DNA of 63,483 nucleotides, filler included, from Saprolegnia diclina VS20 (taxonomy: Eukaryota): the NCBI RefSeq assembly GCF_000281045.1. It is 6 parts of 5 records of this genome, joined end to end, with 100 filler letters (N's around TTAATTAATTAA, not from the genome) between each part and the next. Parts side by side here need not be neighbours in the genome. Positions count along the whole stretch, not along the records: positions 15,366 to 41,439 come from NW_008246230.1; positions 41,540 to 56,271 come from NW_008246232.1; 4 more parts are not named here. One strand, written 5' to 3'. Positions 38,381-49,848 of the stretch are shown in pieces. Positions within the stretch are counted from its first letter, which is position 1, and the number at the start of each line of letters is the position of its first letter. The notes beneath the pieces are model-generated. The model was not told the DNA's origin and did no database searches. It saw only the letters and a program-made list of their open reading frames with translations. The position numbers and the translations under genes were made by a program.

Positions 38381-39923
38381 ATGGCGTCGCCAGCGCAAGC
38401 TTGCGCGTTTGCTGTCAATGAGATCATGGCGACCGTCGCGCAGACCGCGGGCGTCTCTTCGTGCGCGCTCGTAGCGCAGGTCACGACCGGCTCGTTCAAC
38501 TCGGCCGCCGTCGCGTCGTCCGACTGCAAGAGCACCATTTGCAGCTTCCTCCTCCAGACGCTAGCGACCGGCTTTGCATCGTCCGCGCTGGCCACCTGCA
38601 CCTTGCACGACAGCGCGACCAACAGAGACGTTCTTGTCGGGGACATTGGCGGTCTCTGTTCGGGCGGGAGTCTTCGGACAGCGACCACGGCCCGCCCGAC
38701 TGCGACGCCCGCACCGACGCCCGCGCCGGAAGCCAACAACTCGGGCATGATCATCGGTATCATTGTTGCGATCGTTGTCGTCATCGTGGTCGCGATCGGT
38801 ATTAGCGTGCGACGTCGACGAGGCAAAGACGCCGGAACGCCCAACCCGTTGCCTTCCACGGCGGCTTCGTACGTGTCGCCGTCATCGCTTCGAATGAGCT
38901 ACACCAACCAGAGCTACCCAACTTACGAAGGCCGGGAGTACACCAGCCTCGGTGCCGCGGCTGGCAGCTTCACGAGCGGCAGCACGTCGTCAACACAGTC
39001 GGAAGGTTCGCTCGACATGTGCAATCTCGAGGCGTACCGGCTGCCGACGACCGACATCACCATGGTCAAGTCGTTGGCGCGTGGAGCGTACGGTGAGGTC
39101 TGGCTCGGACGACAGCGCGACAACGTCGTCGCCGTCAAGAAACTCCTTGGGCACAAGCGCGACAAGCACGAGCTCCAAAAGTTCATTTACGAAATTGCAC
39201 TTCTGGCCAAGTCGGAATTTTTGCCTCCCATTCTATCGCAGGCTCGCTGACCTTGCGCTGCGTAGGCTCGATTGCCCGTTTATTGTGGCGTTCGTTGGCG
39301 TCGCATGGACGCGCCCGAGCGACATGCTCCTCGTCACCGAGTACATGGACGGCGGCGACCTCCGCAACCTCCTCCAGGCCAACGCGTCGACCAAGGCGTT
39401 CTCGTGGCCTCAAAAGGTCCACGTCGCCTTGCACATTGCCGAGGCGCTCGTCTATCTCCACTCGCTCGAGCCCAAGATCATCCACCGCGATCTGAAGTCG
39501 CGCAACGTCCTCCTCAACTCCAAGATGGATGCGAAGCTGACCGACTTTGGCGTCTCGCGCGAGACGGACGACGCAACCATGACTGCCGGCATTGGCACGT
39601 ACCGCTGGATGGCGCCCGAGGTGCTCCAAGACGGCCACTACACCGAGTCGGCGGACGTGTTTTCGTTTGGTGTGATCCTCGCCGAGCTCAGCAACGAGAT
39701 CGTGCCGTACTCGGACTTGCGGAATGCGAACGGCAACCCGTACACGGACACGGCGATCATGGCCAAGGTCATGAAGGGCGAGCTGCAGCCGACGCTGTCG
39801 CCCAACTGTCCGCAGTGGTACGCCGAGCTCACGCAGCGGTGCATGCAACGAAGGAACTTGGATCGACCGAGCGCGTTGGACGTCGCTATCGTCCTACGTC
39901 GGTCCTGTGCAGCGCTGCGGTAG
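38381..39923 (+). CDS. Receptor-like TKL protein kinase with six-Cys (elicitin-like) ectodomain and single TM helix (intron 39211-39265)
   Basis: Six-Cys N-terminal domain, T/P linker and TM MIIGIIVAIVVVIVVAIGI-RRRR. Kinase motifs ARGAYGEV, VAVKK, HRDLKSRN, DFG and WMAPE are all intact. Confidence 0.93.
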
Positions 39924-40393
39924 GAAAGACCGTCGACCAATTGCATCAAAAATCTGACGCGTGACGCGCCTTCCGACAACTTGAACTTGTCCGCACGCAC
40001 ACGCCAGTTCTTGACTCTACGCATGTGTTTCACTTGACAGGTTGCCCTCGAGGATGCAGGCGACGGCGGCTGCAGACACACTACGAGCATGTGTGCATGA
40101 ACAAAAGCCTGCATGGTCGTCCAAGCACCAAAGGTGTGTCCTTCGTCGCCGCCAAGAAGCTCAAAGTCGACGGTCGAGCTCCTTCTCGCGCGCATCGAAG
40201 CCATCTGGTTCGCCCTATGCGCGGTGGGTCCGATGGAATCTTGGTTGGAAACAATGGGTTGCATACAGGCTCGGGCCTTCCAGCCGATGCCATCGATACC
40301 GCTTGTGTACTGCACCCACTTGGCCCTGCATGCTAGCATACGAGAATCGACGACGGCACCAACGGCTGATCACAATAAGTTTTGGCAACCACC

Positions 40394-41439
40394 ATGTCCA
40401 CGTCGTGCGCTACACTGGCCAACTCGTTCATGGCGCCGGTCGCCGCACAGCCGTCGCTCGCCTCGTGCACGCTCGTCAAGATCTACAAGACGAGCGGTCT
40501 CTTCAGCTCGTCGACCTTCAAGGCGACGGACTGCAAGAGCACCGCGTGCACCATCATCTACCAAGGCCTCGCCTCATTCTTCGTGAGCTTCCCGGACTGC
40601 TCGTTCGTCGACTCGGACAGCAACGCCAAAATCCCTTTGTATCAGATTGGCAACATCTGCACAGGCACGTCGATCAAGACCGCGGCGCCGTTCAGTGGCT
40701 CGTCCAGCGGAAACCCTTGGACACCAACGCCGACGTCAGGTCGCGGCTCGCTCTCGGGCAAGACGCCGTCTCCCGGGTCGGCATCAACGTCGTCGAGCAG
40801 CAGCAGCAGTTCGACCACCATCATCATTGTCGTCGTTGTCGTCGTCCTCGTTGTACTGGCGATCATCGGCTTCTGCTGCTGGCGCAACAAGCACAAAAAG
40901 CAGCAGGAAGAAGCGGCGACGATGGCACTCGCGTCGCCCTACGGACACCCGCCGCACGACTACGAAGCAGCCAACACAACAACCGCGTACTCGGAGCCGA
41001 CATACCGCCCGGACCAGGCGTACACGTACCAGCCCGAGCTCAACTCGGTGCACGTGTACCAGGAGCCGGCGCCCGTCCACGTGTACGACCCAGACGCCGC
41101 CAAGCACACGATGCTGTCGACAGGTACCGCGACGGCAACACGCACCGCCGGCAGCGCCACTGGCACCAAGACTGGCGCAAGCTCGACGTCCGTGCAGTCG
41201 GACGGCGCGGGCCTCGATATGTGCAACCTCGACATGTACCGCGTGAACGTCAGCGATATCTCGATGATCAAAGCGCTGGCGCAAGGTGCGTTTGGCGAGG
41301 TCTGGCTCGGGACCCTGCAAGGCTCGATGGTTGCGGTCAAGAAGCTTCTCAACCACAAGCGCGACAAGAACGAGCTCCAAAAGTTCATTTTCGAAATCGC
41401 GCTGGTGGCCAAGTACCTACTGCTCTCGAAATGCAGAGT
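40394..41439 (+). CDS. Paralogous receptor-like TKL kinase with six-Cys ectodomain, truncated at gap
   Basis: Same architecture: DCKSTAC, S/T linker, TM IIIVVVVVVLVVLAIIGFCCW and LDMCNL..AQGAFGEVWLG..VAVKKLLNHKRDK. Intron donor at the same position (41413) as in the paralog. Confidence 0.9.
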
Positions 41440-42045
41440 NNNNNNNNNNNNNNNNNNNNNNNNNNNNNNNNNNNNNNNNNNNNTTAATTAATTAANNNNN
41501 NNNNNNNNNNNNNNNNNNNNNNNNNNNNNNNNNNNNNNNCTTAGTCGCACCTTGGATACGTTCGTCGTGCTTGTTGCTCCTGTCGCGACGACGTTTCGAC
41601 TCTGAACTGTACGAGAACCAAGGATACTACAGCAGTCGTCATGTCGGATATATTGTAAGCAATGTTGTGTCGGATCCAGCCTTGCGAAGCTGCAAAACGT
41701 GTGCGTGCAGGGACTGTATCTTCCATACTACAACCTTTCGATCACTAAGTTACCACCAACCACTGAGCTGTAGGTCCTCTCCTCGAACGGATCTGATACT
41801 GGCACCGTCCACCAGTTTAGTGATCACTGTAGACCGGAAGGACGCCCTTCATTCTTGCTTGCCAGTCAACTATTTCTAGTGGCAACGGCGTTTGCTTGTG
41901 GTCAACACTCAAAGCACGCGTGCCACTGCATTTACCACACTCACGCTTACGAGACGGCGTACATTAGAGCAGCGTTACAACGACTACGCGCCTCTCGTTT
42001 CAAACAAACGCACTGGTTTGTACTATGCACACTAGCCGAGATGGC

Positions 42046-43104
42046 CTATTGACGGCGCGCGGACGTGACACCGTTGACGCCCTTCTGGCCATTCATCGCC
42101 GACTTGATGTAGCACCGGTTCTCAAAGATCGAGTACCCGCCGCAGTTGGACGTCGCGAGGCACTTGGCGCAGCACTGCGTAATGAGAGAGGCCATGTCGC
42201 CCGAAATGCCAAAGCTGAAGAGGTCGTTGCCAGGGTAGTCGGTGTTCCACTCGGGCGCCGAGCACGATCCTTGAGCCGGCGGCGGCGGCGGTTGCGTCGG
42301 CTTGGGCGCGGTGCCAAAGTCAAACTTCCACTGCGCGTTCGAATTCGCGAGACCAAACTGCTTTTCGTAGTCGGGCCACTTGCCCGGGTTGTCGTGGAAC
42401 ATAAAGTACATGACGTCTTCGCCGCCGTTGCCCGCGCTCACCCACGAACGCACCTTGTTGAAGTAGTTGACGGCGTTGTCGAACGACGCGACTTGACTGC
42501 CGTAGTTGCCGCCACCAAACGGCCACCCGGTCTCCGTGATCATGAGCTTGCTTTTGCCGTACTTCTTGACCATGGCGTTCCACCGGTCCGCAAGCGAGCC
42601 GCCAAAGAACTCGTAAATGTTGACACCAACGATATCACACGCGTTGTAGAGGTCCTGGGCGCCGAGCCAGGCGCCGTCGGTCTGCACCGACCCGACGCGG
42701 ACGTTGACGCCCGCCGCCCGGAGCCGGTTGCGGACATCGTTGACCTTGTCGATGACCTGCCACTGGCTCCAGCCGTTGTCAATGTCTTCGTTGCCCACAA
42801 AGACGGCCTTGACCGCGTTCGGGTGGCGCTTGTAGCCGTCGATGACGGCCTGGACGTCCTTGTCGTAGTCGGAGCCGCGGATCCAAATCCCGGCGTAGAT
42901 ACCGAGACCGTGGTCGCTCGCAGCGTCAATCACGTTGCGGCTGTCGCTGTAGATGTACGTCTGGAAGGTCCGGACGGTCGAGAAGCGCTGGCGCATCACG
43001 TCGAAGTGGTGGTCGATGTTCTTGAAGTCGTACGTGTCGTAGCAGGCGCCCATGGCTGCGACCGACGCGATCGTCGTCGCAAGGAAGCTCAAGATCGCTC
43101 GCAT
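42046..43104 (-). CDS. Secreted glycoside hydrolase family 17 (beta-1,3-glucanase/glucanosyltransferase) with C-terminal PAN/Apple domain
   Basis: Signal peptide, VRTF, VFVGNE (acid/base Glu), ITETGWP (nucleophile Glu), FMFHD and EKQFG. Pro linker, then NTDYPGNDL...CCAKC..TSNCGGYS....CYIKS. Confidence 0.93.
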   Translation of the reverse strand: MRAILSFLATTIASVAAMGACYDTYDFKNIDHHFDVMRQRFSTVRTFQTYIYSDSRNVIDAASDHGLGIYAGIWIRGSDYDKDVQAVIDGYKRHPNAVKAVFVGNEDIDNGWSQWQVIDKVNDVRNRLRAAGVNVRVGSVQTDGAWLGAQDLYNACDIVGVNIYEFFGGSLADRWNAMVKKYGKSKLMITETGWPFGGGNYGSQVASFDNAVNYFNKVRSWVSAGNGGEDVMYFMFHDNPGKWPDYEKQFGLANSNAQWKFDFGTAPKPTQPPPPPAQGSCSAPEWNTDYPGNDLFSFGISGDMASLITQCCAKCLATSNCGGYSIFENRCYIKSAMNGQKGVNGVTSARRQ

Positions 43105-43113
43105 GAGGTCGAG

Positions 43114-43131
43114 TGCAAATTGAAAAGTGAG
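43114..43131 (-). promoter_or_regulatory. Oomycete Inr+FPR core promoter of the GH17 gene
   Basis: Reverse strand CTCACTTTTCAATTTGCA about 10 nt before the ATG, matching the YCAYTYY-N-CAWTTTNC consensus. Confidence 0.7.
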
Positions 43132-44277
43132 AATTGATGTCGAGTTGAGCTGTTGGCAAGGGGGCATCTGAGTTTGCCGTGATGGATCCAGAGGCCAAGG
43201 AATCTCATCAGAATCAACGACGTTACCACATCGTACCCAAAGCCTCAACTACAATTTCGGTTGTACAATGCAACGGCATCAGAGTAGCATTGCATGGTGG
43301 AAATAGGAAGCATGGACTTGTTGTCGTTTATCGTCGTCGTCGGTCGTCAAATATGTGCTGCCGCCCGTCGGCGACCTCCTCGCCGTGCAGGACCGTGCGG
43401 CCTCGCACGCGACATCACTGACGATAGCAATGTGATCCCAGCATGAATCCATTGCCCCTCAGGAGTGCACGCGTGTCATTTTCAATGTCGTATTCTAGAC
43501 TGCCTTTGCTTTGTTGGATTCGTAGTACCAGTGCCGCGTTTCGAACCCTGTCCCACGCATCGTTCCATGCAGCAATCCGTGTGTGCTGTCTGATTCGCCG
43601 CCGCAGCCATCGACTCGGTGGGCTGTGTCAGAACACCGAGGCAATGATGCCGGGCTGGCTCAGATTCAAGCGCTTACAACGTGCGGCAACGTGCGTGCAT
43701 GACGCAGCGCAAGGCGACGCAGAAATCAAACGTGTGGCCTTCGGAACCCTTCTCAGGCGCCACGCGTTGAATGACCAGTATTTTAGGTACTCAGGCAGTG
43801 CCTGCCTTACACTCCGGCTCCGGTGGTGGCTTCCGTGACACGCAAGAGAGCTCATATCCTATTTATGTTGGATTCTTGCCAAGTACACAAGCATGTTGGC
43901 GCCCAACGCTAGTACACCCCGCCATAGAATGAACACCACCATATTCCAGACTCACGCATTGTAGTAGGAGCGCCTCCCCGTTCAGTCGCCATTGCCATCA
44001 GGTAAGCTCCGAGCGCATCGCAGCGTGCCCCGGGGCAAGCGAAAAACAATCGCTGCAGTCAGCACCGTCCCAAACTTTGCACCACGGTGTACAGGACTTT
44101 GAGATTGCTCTAGTTCTCGATGTGCTCCTGCAATGACGACGACGGGACAAGCACCCGGGCATCATCGGGTCAAACCAACTTCAACACAAAGGTAGTCGCC
44201 AAGCCAAATGTTTGAAATAGTGTTAGTTTGTCTGGCTGCACCCAACTGGCAGAGGCCTTTCTGAGCAAAGACGAAGC

Positions 44278-45623
44278 ATGCAAGCCTTCTTGGACGACTT
44301 TGCGACGCTGCCACTGGACGAGTATGCGCTGCTGCCGACCGACTCGCTCCTCTTAGAGGACGTCGACGCCTTCTTCGCGCCGGCCACGACATCATCGCCG
44401 GCCTCAAGCGACCACTGCACTACGAGCGACGCTGGTTCCGAAGACCTGCCGCCGCCGCCGGCCAAGAAGATCAACGTGAGCCGCAAGCGCCAGCGCGACG
44501 AGATCGACTACCTGCGCGCCAAGGTGGTCGAGCTTGAGTCGCAGCTCTCGACGCTGCAAGCTGCCGAGGCCCCGCTCGTGGCGGCGTCTCCGTGGCAGGC
44601 TCTGGCGCAGCAGGTTCGCCTCGAGAAGGATGCTGCGATCAGCGAGCGCGAGCAGCTCAAGCACGAGCTCGCCGACCAAATTGAGTTTGGCAAGACGCTC
44701 GAAGCGCTCCTGATGAAGCGGCCAAAGCTCGCGGTGCTACCACAGCTCGACGCCGACCAGTGGAAGCTGTACCGCCTCGTACAAGACCCGGCGCTGCGGC
44801 GCGAGGCCGTCGCCAACATCCTCGCGCACCAGTACGACGCGCTATCAAGTGCACTCATCGAGTCGAACCTGCTCGAGCAAGAAGACGATCTCACGGCCTT
44901 TGCGCCGTGCTTGGCCAAGCACTTTGACGACCAGCTCATCACGACCGCAACGTACTGCAAAACACTCGAGCACGACATGCATACGGTTGCTCGCATGGTG
45001 TGGCTGCTCCTCTCGGCAGGCTGCAGCCTCCACCGTAAAAATTTCCAGGTGCATTTTCACTCTTTTACTTCACCAAAAACAAACTTGGGTGTTTTTAGCG
45101 CCTCGAAAAGTTTGACGATGACACGATTTACATTGCGAACGAAGGCCGCTACGAGTCCCTCCTCAACCAGACGCGCCTCCTCATAAAGCGCTACATCGAA
45201 GCGGACCGCATCGTGTTTGTTGTACGGTACGGAACCTCCCCATGTCACGTTGGAAGCTTAAGCCTAAGGCTGGTGTAGCACGATTCTCGAAGACGAACTC
45301 AATCCGCACGCACCGGACGCGCTTGTCAACCACAAGAGCGCATGGTAGGCACGTGGTTTCCAGTGCGCGCGTTGCCAGTTCCCATTAGGTTTGTGGTCGA
45401 GCATATTGCAATGCAGCCCCAGAAGTGTCGGATCAAGTATTTTCAAAAAATGGCTCTTCCGATGGTGCAGTCCGAGACGCTTCTGACGCACCCCAAGTTC
45501 TCGGACGTCAACTCGCCCTACTACCGCATTGGCAACTTCACCGACGCGGCCATGATGGCGCTGCGCGAAATGGTCGGCGAGTTCAACTCGCAGCTCGAGC
45601 TCCTCCTTCAGCGCGCCGAGTAA
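44278..45623 (+). CDS. M96-like oomycete protein (bZIP-like + START-like), multi-exon
   Basis: SRKRQRDEIDYLRAKVVELESQL, WQALAQQVRLEK..EREQLKHELADQIEFGKTLEALL, KRYIEADRIVFV. GT-AG introns. Ends ...LELLLQRAE*. Confidence 0.8.
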
Positions 45624-45913
45624 ACAAGTGGGATAATCGATAGATGCATAATACATGTACCTGCCACGTGTCGACTGGACGAGGGCTCAATGCCGCACTG
45701 CGCATTGGGTTTGGTCGCGCGCCGCCAGGTCCTATACTGTGATGCAGAGAATCATATTCTTGTGTTGCGGGGCCGCCGAGTAATGACCATTGTCGATGTC
45801 CAACTGCTTGCGTGGGCCGTCGTCGCTGCCGCTTAGGAGTCGGCGGTGCATGGGCGAGTACGCCATGGCGCTGAGCCCGGTTCTTGGACCCTAACCCTAC
45901 GGTAACCCTACCC

Positions 45914-46144
45914 CTAAGCAAGAGCGGCCCCATGCAAGACGTGCAGGTCGTACGGATCCCAGCAGCGGAGCGTATTATCGAGCGACGCATAGAAGACCGT
46001 GGCTGCCGATGTGTGGACATAGGACGCCTCGTCGGGGACGTTCGCAACAGCGGTCAAGACGGCGTCCGTATGCGCTACGCATTCGATGCTCGTGGTGTCG
46101 CGCAAAATTCGAAACTTGGCCGTGGATGACGCGCCTTGCACCAT
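45914..46144 (-). pseudogene. Isolated WD40 repeat fragment
   Basis: AHTDAVLTAV...VFYASLDNTLRCWDPYD is a single WD40 blade with no flanking intact ORF. Confidence 0.45.
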
Positions 46145-46590
46145 GGGGTAGCCACCGCTCGAGGTAACATTTATCTGTCAAGCGTCATTGAGCCAAGTAC
46201 TTACCATTCTGCCGCCCCTAGTCCTTCGCATGGCTTGAGCACCTTTTACGTGCTTTGCGTTATATTTGTTGTTACAAAGGCTCGCATAGGTGAACTAGCA
46301 ATCTCCTTCTTCATTCGTTCGCCGGGCCGTGGCTGCGCAGGCGGCGGCGCGGGGGTTCATCTTGCTCTTCTATGGCCGCCCTAGGACGCTTGCAGCCGCG
46401 GGTTGCAAGGGACATATCTAGTTACAATCGTCACAAGGGAAGCAGTCCAACGCGGCAACGGCGTTGATCAAGAGGCCCGACACGGGCGCGCAATTCCCTG
46501 AGGCAGGATCAACCCCCCCATGAAACTCAAACTGCCTGCCAAATTCATGCCCAAGGCTTACAACATCACCAAACAACCGACGTATGCTTC

Positions 46591-47556
46591 CTACGCCTCC
46601 TTTTTCTTCGTGTCGTGCGGGCGGTAGGCGGCCACGTAGATTCCTTCGTACACGAGCGTGGGAAAGTACGTCACGTGAGTGTACTCGTAGCGGACCATCT
46701 TGAGCGACCCCTCGTCTTCGAGCGCAAACAGCGTCGCTTGCTCCTTGGCCAGCCCGTGCGCCAGCACTTGGAGAAGCGAGCCAAAGTACCCGTAGCAGTA
46801 CAGCGTCAGAAGTGGCTGGCGCGTCCAAATACCGAGCGACCGGCCGACGAGTCCGCCAAACAAAACGGTGGGCAGCGTGGGGTAGGGCAGCGCGGCCAAG
46901 AGCACCAAGACGATGCAAAAGCCAATCGTATAGGGCACCCCAACGTCAATCGGCGCGGGAGGCAGCGACTCGAGGTACGTCCAGCCAGCGTACAAGAGCC
47001 CAAGAAAGATCGCGACCTGCACCGCCGCGCCGAGACGCGTGTACCCCGGCACACAGGCGCCCGACGAGATCGCAACAATGACGTACAGCACCAGCGGCAC
47101 CAGCATTAACGCCGTTGGCTGCTGGAGAAGCAATGGCGCAGCAGCGTACGCCGCTAAAATGCTCGCGACCGCAGCCACGTTGCACCAGAGCGGCGCGGTC
47201 GTCGCGCCAAGCACCAAATAGACCGACCAGAGCAGCGCCGTCGCCAGCGAGAACGGACGCGCGCTCGAGCCAAACAATGTCTCGTCCAACAGCGTAAGAA
47301 AGCAAAAGTTGCCCGAGAGCTGCACGAGGAGGCACACAAAGTGCAGCGCGAGGTTGGCGCGCGTGGCGTGGTGGGGTGCAAAGTGAGCGACGGCCACGGG
47401 GTAGGTGTCGCCGACGAGGCGGTTGAGCAGCGGCTTCCATGGGAAGCTGTAGAACTGCGGGCTCGCAAACAGCAGCACTTGATACAAGAGTGGGGGCTGC
47501 GTCGTCGGCGTTGGCGACGCCGCGGGGGCGGTCTTGGACAGAGTCGGGGGCATCAT
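46591..47556 (-). CDS. Mpo1/DUF962-like multi-pass membrane protein, copy 1
   Basis: HFAPHHATRANLALHFVC and LLQVLAHGLAKEQATL match the H..N...H and Q..xH....E motifs of Mpo1/DUF962. Many hydrophobic helices. Intronless. Confidence 0.75.
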   Translation of the reverse strand: MMPPTLSKTAPAASPTPTTQPPLLYQVLLFASPQFYSFPWKPLLNRLVGDTYPVAVAHFAPHHATRANLALHFVCLLVQLSGNFCFLTLLDETLFGSSARPFSLATALLWSVYLVLGATTAPLWCNVAAVASILAAYAAAPLLLQQPTALMLVPLVLYVIVAISSGACVPGYTRLGAAVQVAIFLGLLYAGWTYLESLPPAPIDVGVPYTIGFCIVLVLLAALPYPTLPTVLFGGLVGRSLGIWTRQPLLTLYCYGYFGSLLQVLAHGLAKEQATLFALEDEGSLKMVRYEYTHVTYFPTLVYEGIYVAAYRPHDTKKKEA

Positions 47557-48380
47557 AGTCGCGCAAGAGTACAAGTGAGTTCTTGTTGGCAAAGAGCCAA
47601 GTCGAAAACCAACGGCCACAAGGCAATACAAACGCCAAGGTTTCTCGGGACGCGACGGTGGGATGGTTCGCAAGGTGCGTGTGGGACGCAGCCGTGGACG
47701 CGCTAGTTGCTGTTCGAAACCAAGAACAAGCAATGCCTACTCGCATCGGCTTGTTCTTGTGGAAGCAGCTAACACTAAGACGACCAGAGAGGCGAGGTGC
47801 TTTTGGCACATCAAAGCGAGGTCCGTTGTGATATTTAGCCGGATACGACATTCGTATCCGGTAGTTCTTGGACGAGGCATTGTGCACGCTGTAGGCCTCC
47901 AACGCCGACGCGACGCAGTGTTTAGAGCCCCCAAAGTGTCCTTTAGCTATGTGCCAAATATGAGCGAATTCGTTTTCAATCGTGATATGGCCATCAACTT
48001 GCCGTGCGCGGGCTGCATCGGCTCCAGGCTGCGTTTCAAACGAAATGATTGGTCAAAAAGATTGAAAATGGAGGCAAAAAGCTCAAATATTGACCAATCC
48101 ACGATGCTCCCGCCCCTTCGTCGGCCAAAGCTGCTGCGACCATTGCACATGTACGACCACCGACACATTTCTTGTACTAGTAGCTTTGACGGAGGAATAT
48201 AGACAACCTAAATAGCAAATGATGTTTCTATATGTGCTAGTATTTGATGATAGACCACCTCAGAAAGTTACCGCATCGTTCATCAATGCCTGCCCTTCGA
48301 ATGCCGAGCTGGCAAGACCATCAAACCATTATTTTGCTTACGAACACAAATCCACTTTGAGTAAATCGCGCGGAAATGCG

Positions 48381-49268
48381 CTACGCAGCCTTCTTCGTAT
48401 GGCGCGGGCGATTCGCTGCCTTGTAGATCCCTTCAAAGAGCAACGTCGGAAAGTACGTCACGTGGGCGTACTCGTAGCGGACCTTCTTCATCGACTCTTC
48501 GTCTTCGAGCGCCAAGAGCGTCGCTTGCTCGTTTACAAGGCGGTGCGCGATGCCTTGCAGAAGCGCGCCAAAGTACCCGTAGCAGTATAACGTCAGGAGT
48601 GGCCGGCGGGTCCAAAGACCGAGCGACCGGCCGACAAGCGCGCCAAAGACGACCGTGGGGACAGCGGGATTCGGCAGCGCGGCCAAGAGCACCAAGACGC
48701 TACCAAAGCCAATCGTCGACGGTGCCACGACGTCGATCGGCGCGGGTGGCAGTGACGCGAGGTACGTCCATCCACTCTGCACCACCGCCAACAAGAGCGT
48801 TGCGAGAACGGCGGGCACAACACGTGGCAGTCCACGTGCCAAGAATGCATACGAAAGCGCAACAATGACGTACAGCACCAGCGGCACCAGCACCAACGCC
48901 GTCGGCTGCTGGAGAAGCAATGGCGCAGCAGCGTACGCCGCTAAAATGCTCGCAACCGCAGCCACGTTGCACCAGAGCGGTGCGGTCGTCGCGCCAAGCA
49001 CCAAATAGACCGACCAGAGCAGCGCCGTCGCCAGCGAGAACGGACGCGCGCTCGAGCCAAACAATGTCTCGTCCAACAGCGTAAGAAAGCAAAAGTTGCC
49101 CGAGAGCTGCACGAGGAGGCACACAAAGTGCAGCGCGAGGTTGGCGCGCGTGGCGTGGTGGGGTGCAAAGTGAGCGACGGCCACGGGGTAGGTGTCGCCG
49201 ACGAGGCGGTTGAGCAGCGGCTTCCACGGGAAGCTGTAGAACTGCGGGCTCGCAAACAGCAGCACTTG
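48381..49268 (-). CDS. Mpo1/DUF962-like membrane protein, copy 2 (5' end in gap)
   Basis: Tandem paralog with QVLLFASPQFYSFPWK...HHATRANLALH...LLQGIAHRLVNEQATL...HTKKAA*. Confidence 0.75.
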   Translation of the reverse strand, partial: QVLLFASPQFYSFPWKPLLNRLVGDTYPVAVAHFAPHHATRANLALHFVCLLVQLSGNFCFLTLLDETLFGSSARPFSLATALLWSVYLVLGATTAPLWCNVAAVASILAAYAAAPLLLQQPTALVLVPLVLYVIVALSYAFLARGLPRVVPAVLATLLLAVVQSGWTYLASLPPAPIDVVAPSTIGFGSVLVLLAALPNPAVPTVVFGALVGRSLGLWTRRPLLTLYCYGYFGALLQGIAHRLVNEQATLLALEDEESMKKVRYEYAHVTYFPTLLFEGIYKAANRPRHTKKAA

Positions 49269-49848
49269 NNNNNNNNNNNNNNNNNNNNNNNNNNNNNNNN
49301 NNNNNNNNNNNNNNNNNNNNNNNNNNNNNNNNNNNNNNNNNNNNNNNNNNNNNNNNNNNNNNNNNNNNNNNNNNNNNNNNNNNNNNNNNNNNNNNNNNNN
49401 NNNNNNNNNNNNNNNNNNNNNNNNNNNNNNNNNNNNNNNNNNNNNNNNNNNNNNNNNNNNNNNNNNNNNNNNNNNNNNNNNNNNNNNNNNNNNNNNNNNN
49501 NNNNNNNNNNNNNNNNNNNNNNNNNNNNNNNNNNNNNNNNNNNNNNNNNNNNNNNNNNNNNNNNNNNNNNNNNNNNNNNNNNNNNNNNNNNNNNNNNNNN
49601 NNNNNNNNNNNNNNNNNNNNNNNNNNNNNNNNNNNNNNNNNNNNNNNNNNNNNNNNNNNNNNNNNNNNNNNNNNNNNNNNNNNNNNNNNNNNNNNNNNNN
49701 NNNNNNNNNNNNNNNNNNNNNNNNNNNNNNNNNNNNNNNNNNNNNNNNNNNNNNNNNNNNNNNNNNNNNNNNNNNNNNNNNNNNNNNNNNNNNNNNNNNN
49801 NNNNNNNNNNNNNNNNNNNNNNNNNNNNNNNNNNNNNNNNNNNNNNNN

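Noticed and set aside
41496..43104. Functional cluster of receptor kinases with GH17
   Set aside because: Separated by an artificial linker gap, so physical linkage is unproven.
45889..45918. Telomere-like CCCTAACCCT motifs (also 2477-2491, 62139-62165)
   Set aside because: Only 2-3 degenerate units. At 62139-62165 they lie at an MFS intron, where CTAAC is the branch site. Not a telomere.
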